From Octopus bimaculoides (Eukaryota): a stretch of DNA of 37,116 nt. Below the pieces are notes generated by a model. It was given only the letters and a program-made list of their open reading frames with translations, made no database searches and was not told where the DNA came from. Below, one piece after another: positions 36,861-37,116 of this stretch; the stretch's first letter is position 1; the number at the start of each line of letters is the position of its first letter. A program made the position numbers and the translations under genes. The stretch lies in assembly GCF_001194135.2 (NCBI RefSeq), contig NC_068985.1, positions 82,795,202 through 82,832,317 on the forward strand, written 5' to 3'.

Positions 36861-36891
<31 letters not shown>

Positions 36892-37070
36892 ATAATTGTT
36901 AAAGAGGACAGTCCTCTTCAACAATTACATATCCGCTATATCGTAAATCTGCAATGGCTCTAAAACTACCCTCTCAGCTATAACCTTGGAGTCTTAGTAA
37001 TCCGTTACAGCACTTACCAAGTGTACCTAATCTTTCTTTTAGATCACCTGTGAACTAAACCCTCATATTT

Positions 37071-37116
<46 letters not shown>

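Noticed and set aside
2843-36963. Dozens of 60-200 aa ORFs rich in YI, HT, VC or X
   Set aside because: They are translations of (TA)n, (CA)n and (TG)n microsatellites, which lack stops in several frames, or they run through N gaps.

Overview
AT-rich, microsatellite-saturated animal genomic DNA with eight assembly gaps (about 1.9 kb of N, mostly flanked by (TA)n or (CA)n). The repeat families look like those of octopus or another coleoid cephalopod (inference from pattern recall, no database search). No ORF in the supplied track is a credible intact gene; most are simple-repeat or N artefacts, and a few are transposon relics. Recognisable relics include RTE-clade LINE fragments, two R4/Dong-type LINE 3' ends, two Tc1/mariner relics, many tRNA-head SINEs, TTAA/CCC piggyBac-type MITEs and a Penelope-like terminus. 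Between the repeats, short unique islands are bounded by minus-strand AG/GT sites. Several of them join in phase, which suggests an unidentified multi-exon gene running from about 29.3 kb to about 1.8 kb; the exon calls are tentative. The most striking non-coding signals are a minimal type I hammerhead ribozyme fold at 29722-29765 with an adjacent antisense copy that could sequester it, a perfect 39-bp foldback on a young SINE at 30326-30413, a near-perfect palindrome at 3773-3830, and a (GAA)~43 tract just downstream of a 27-nt candidate micro-exon.
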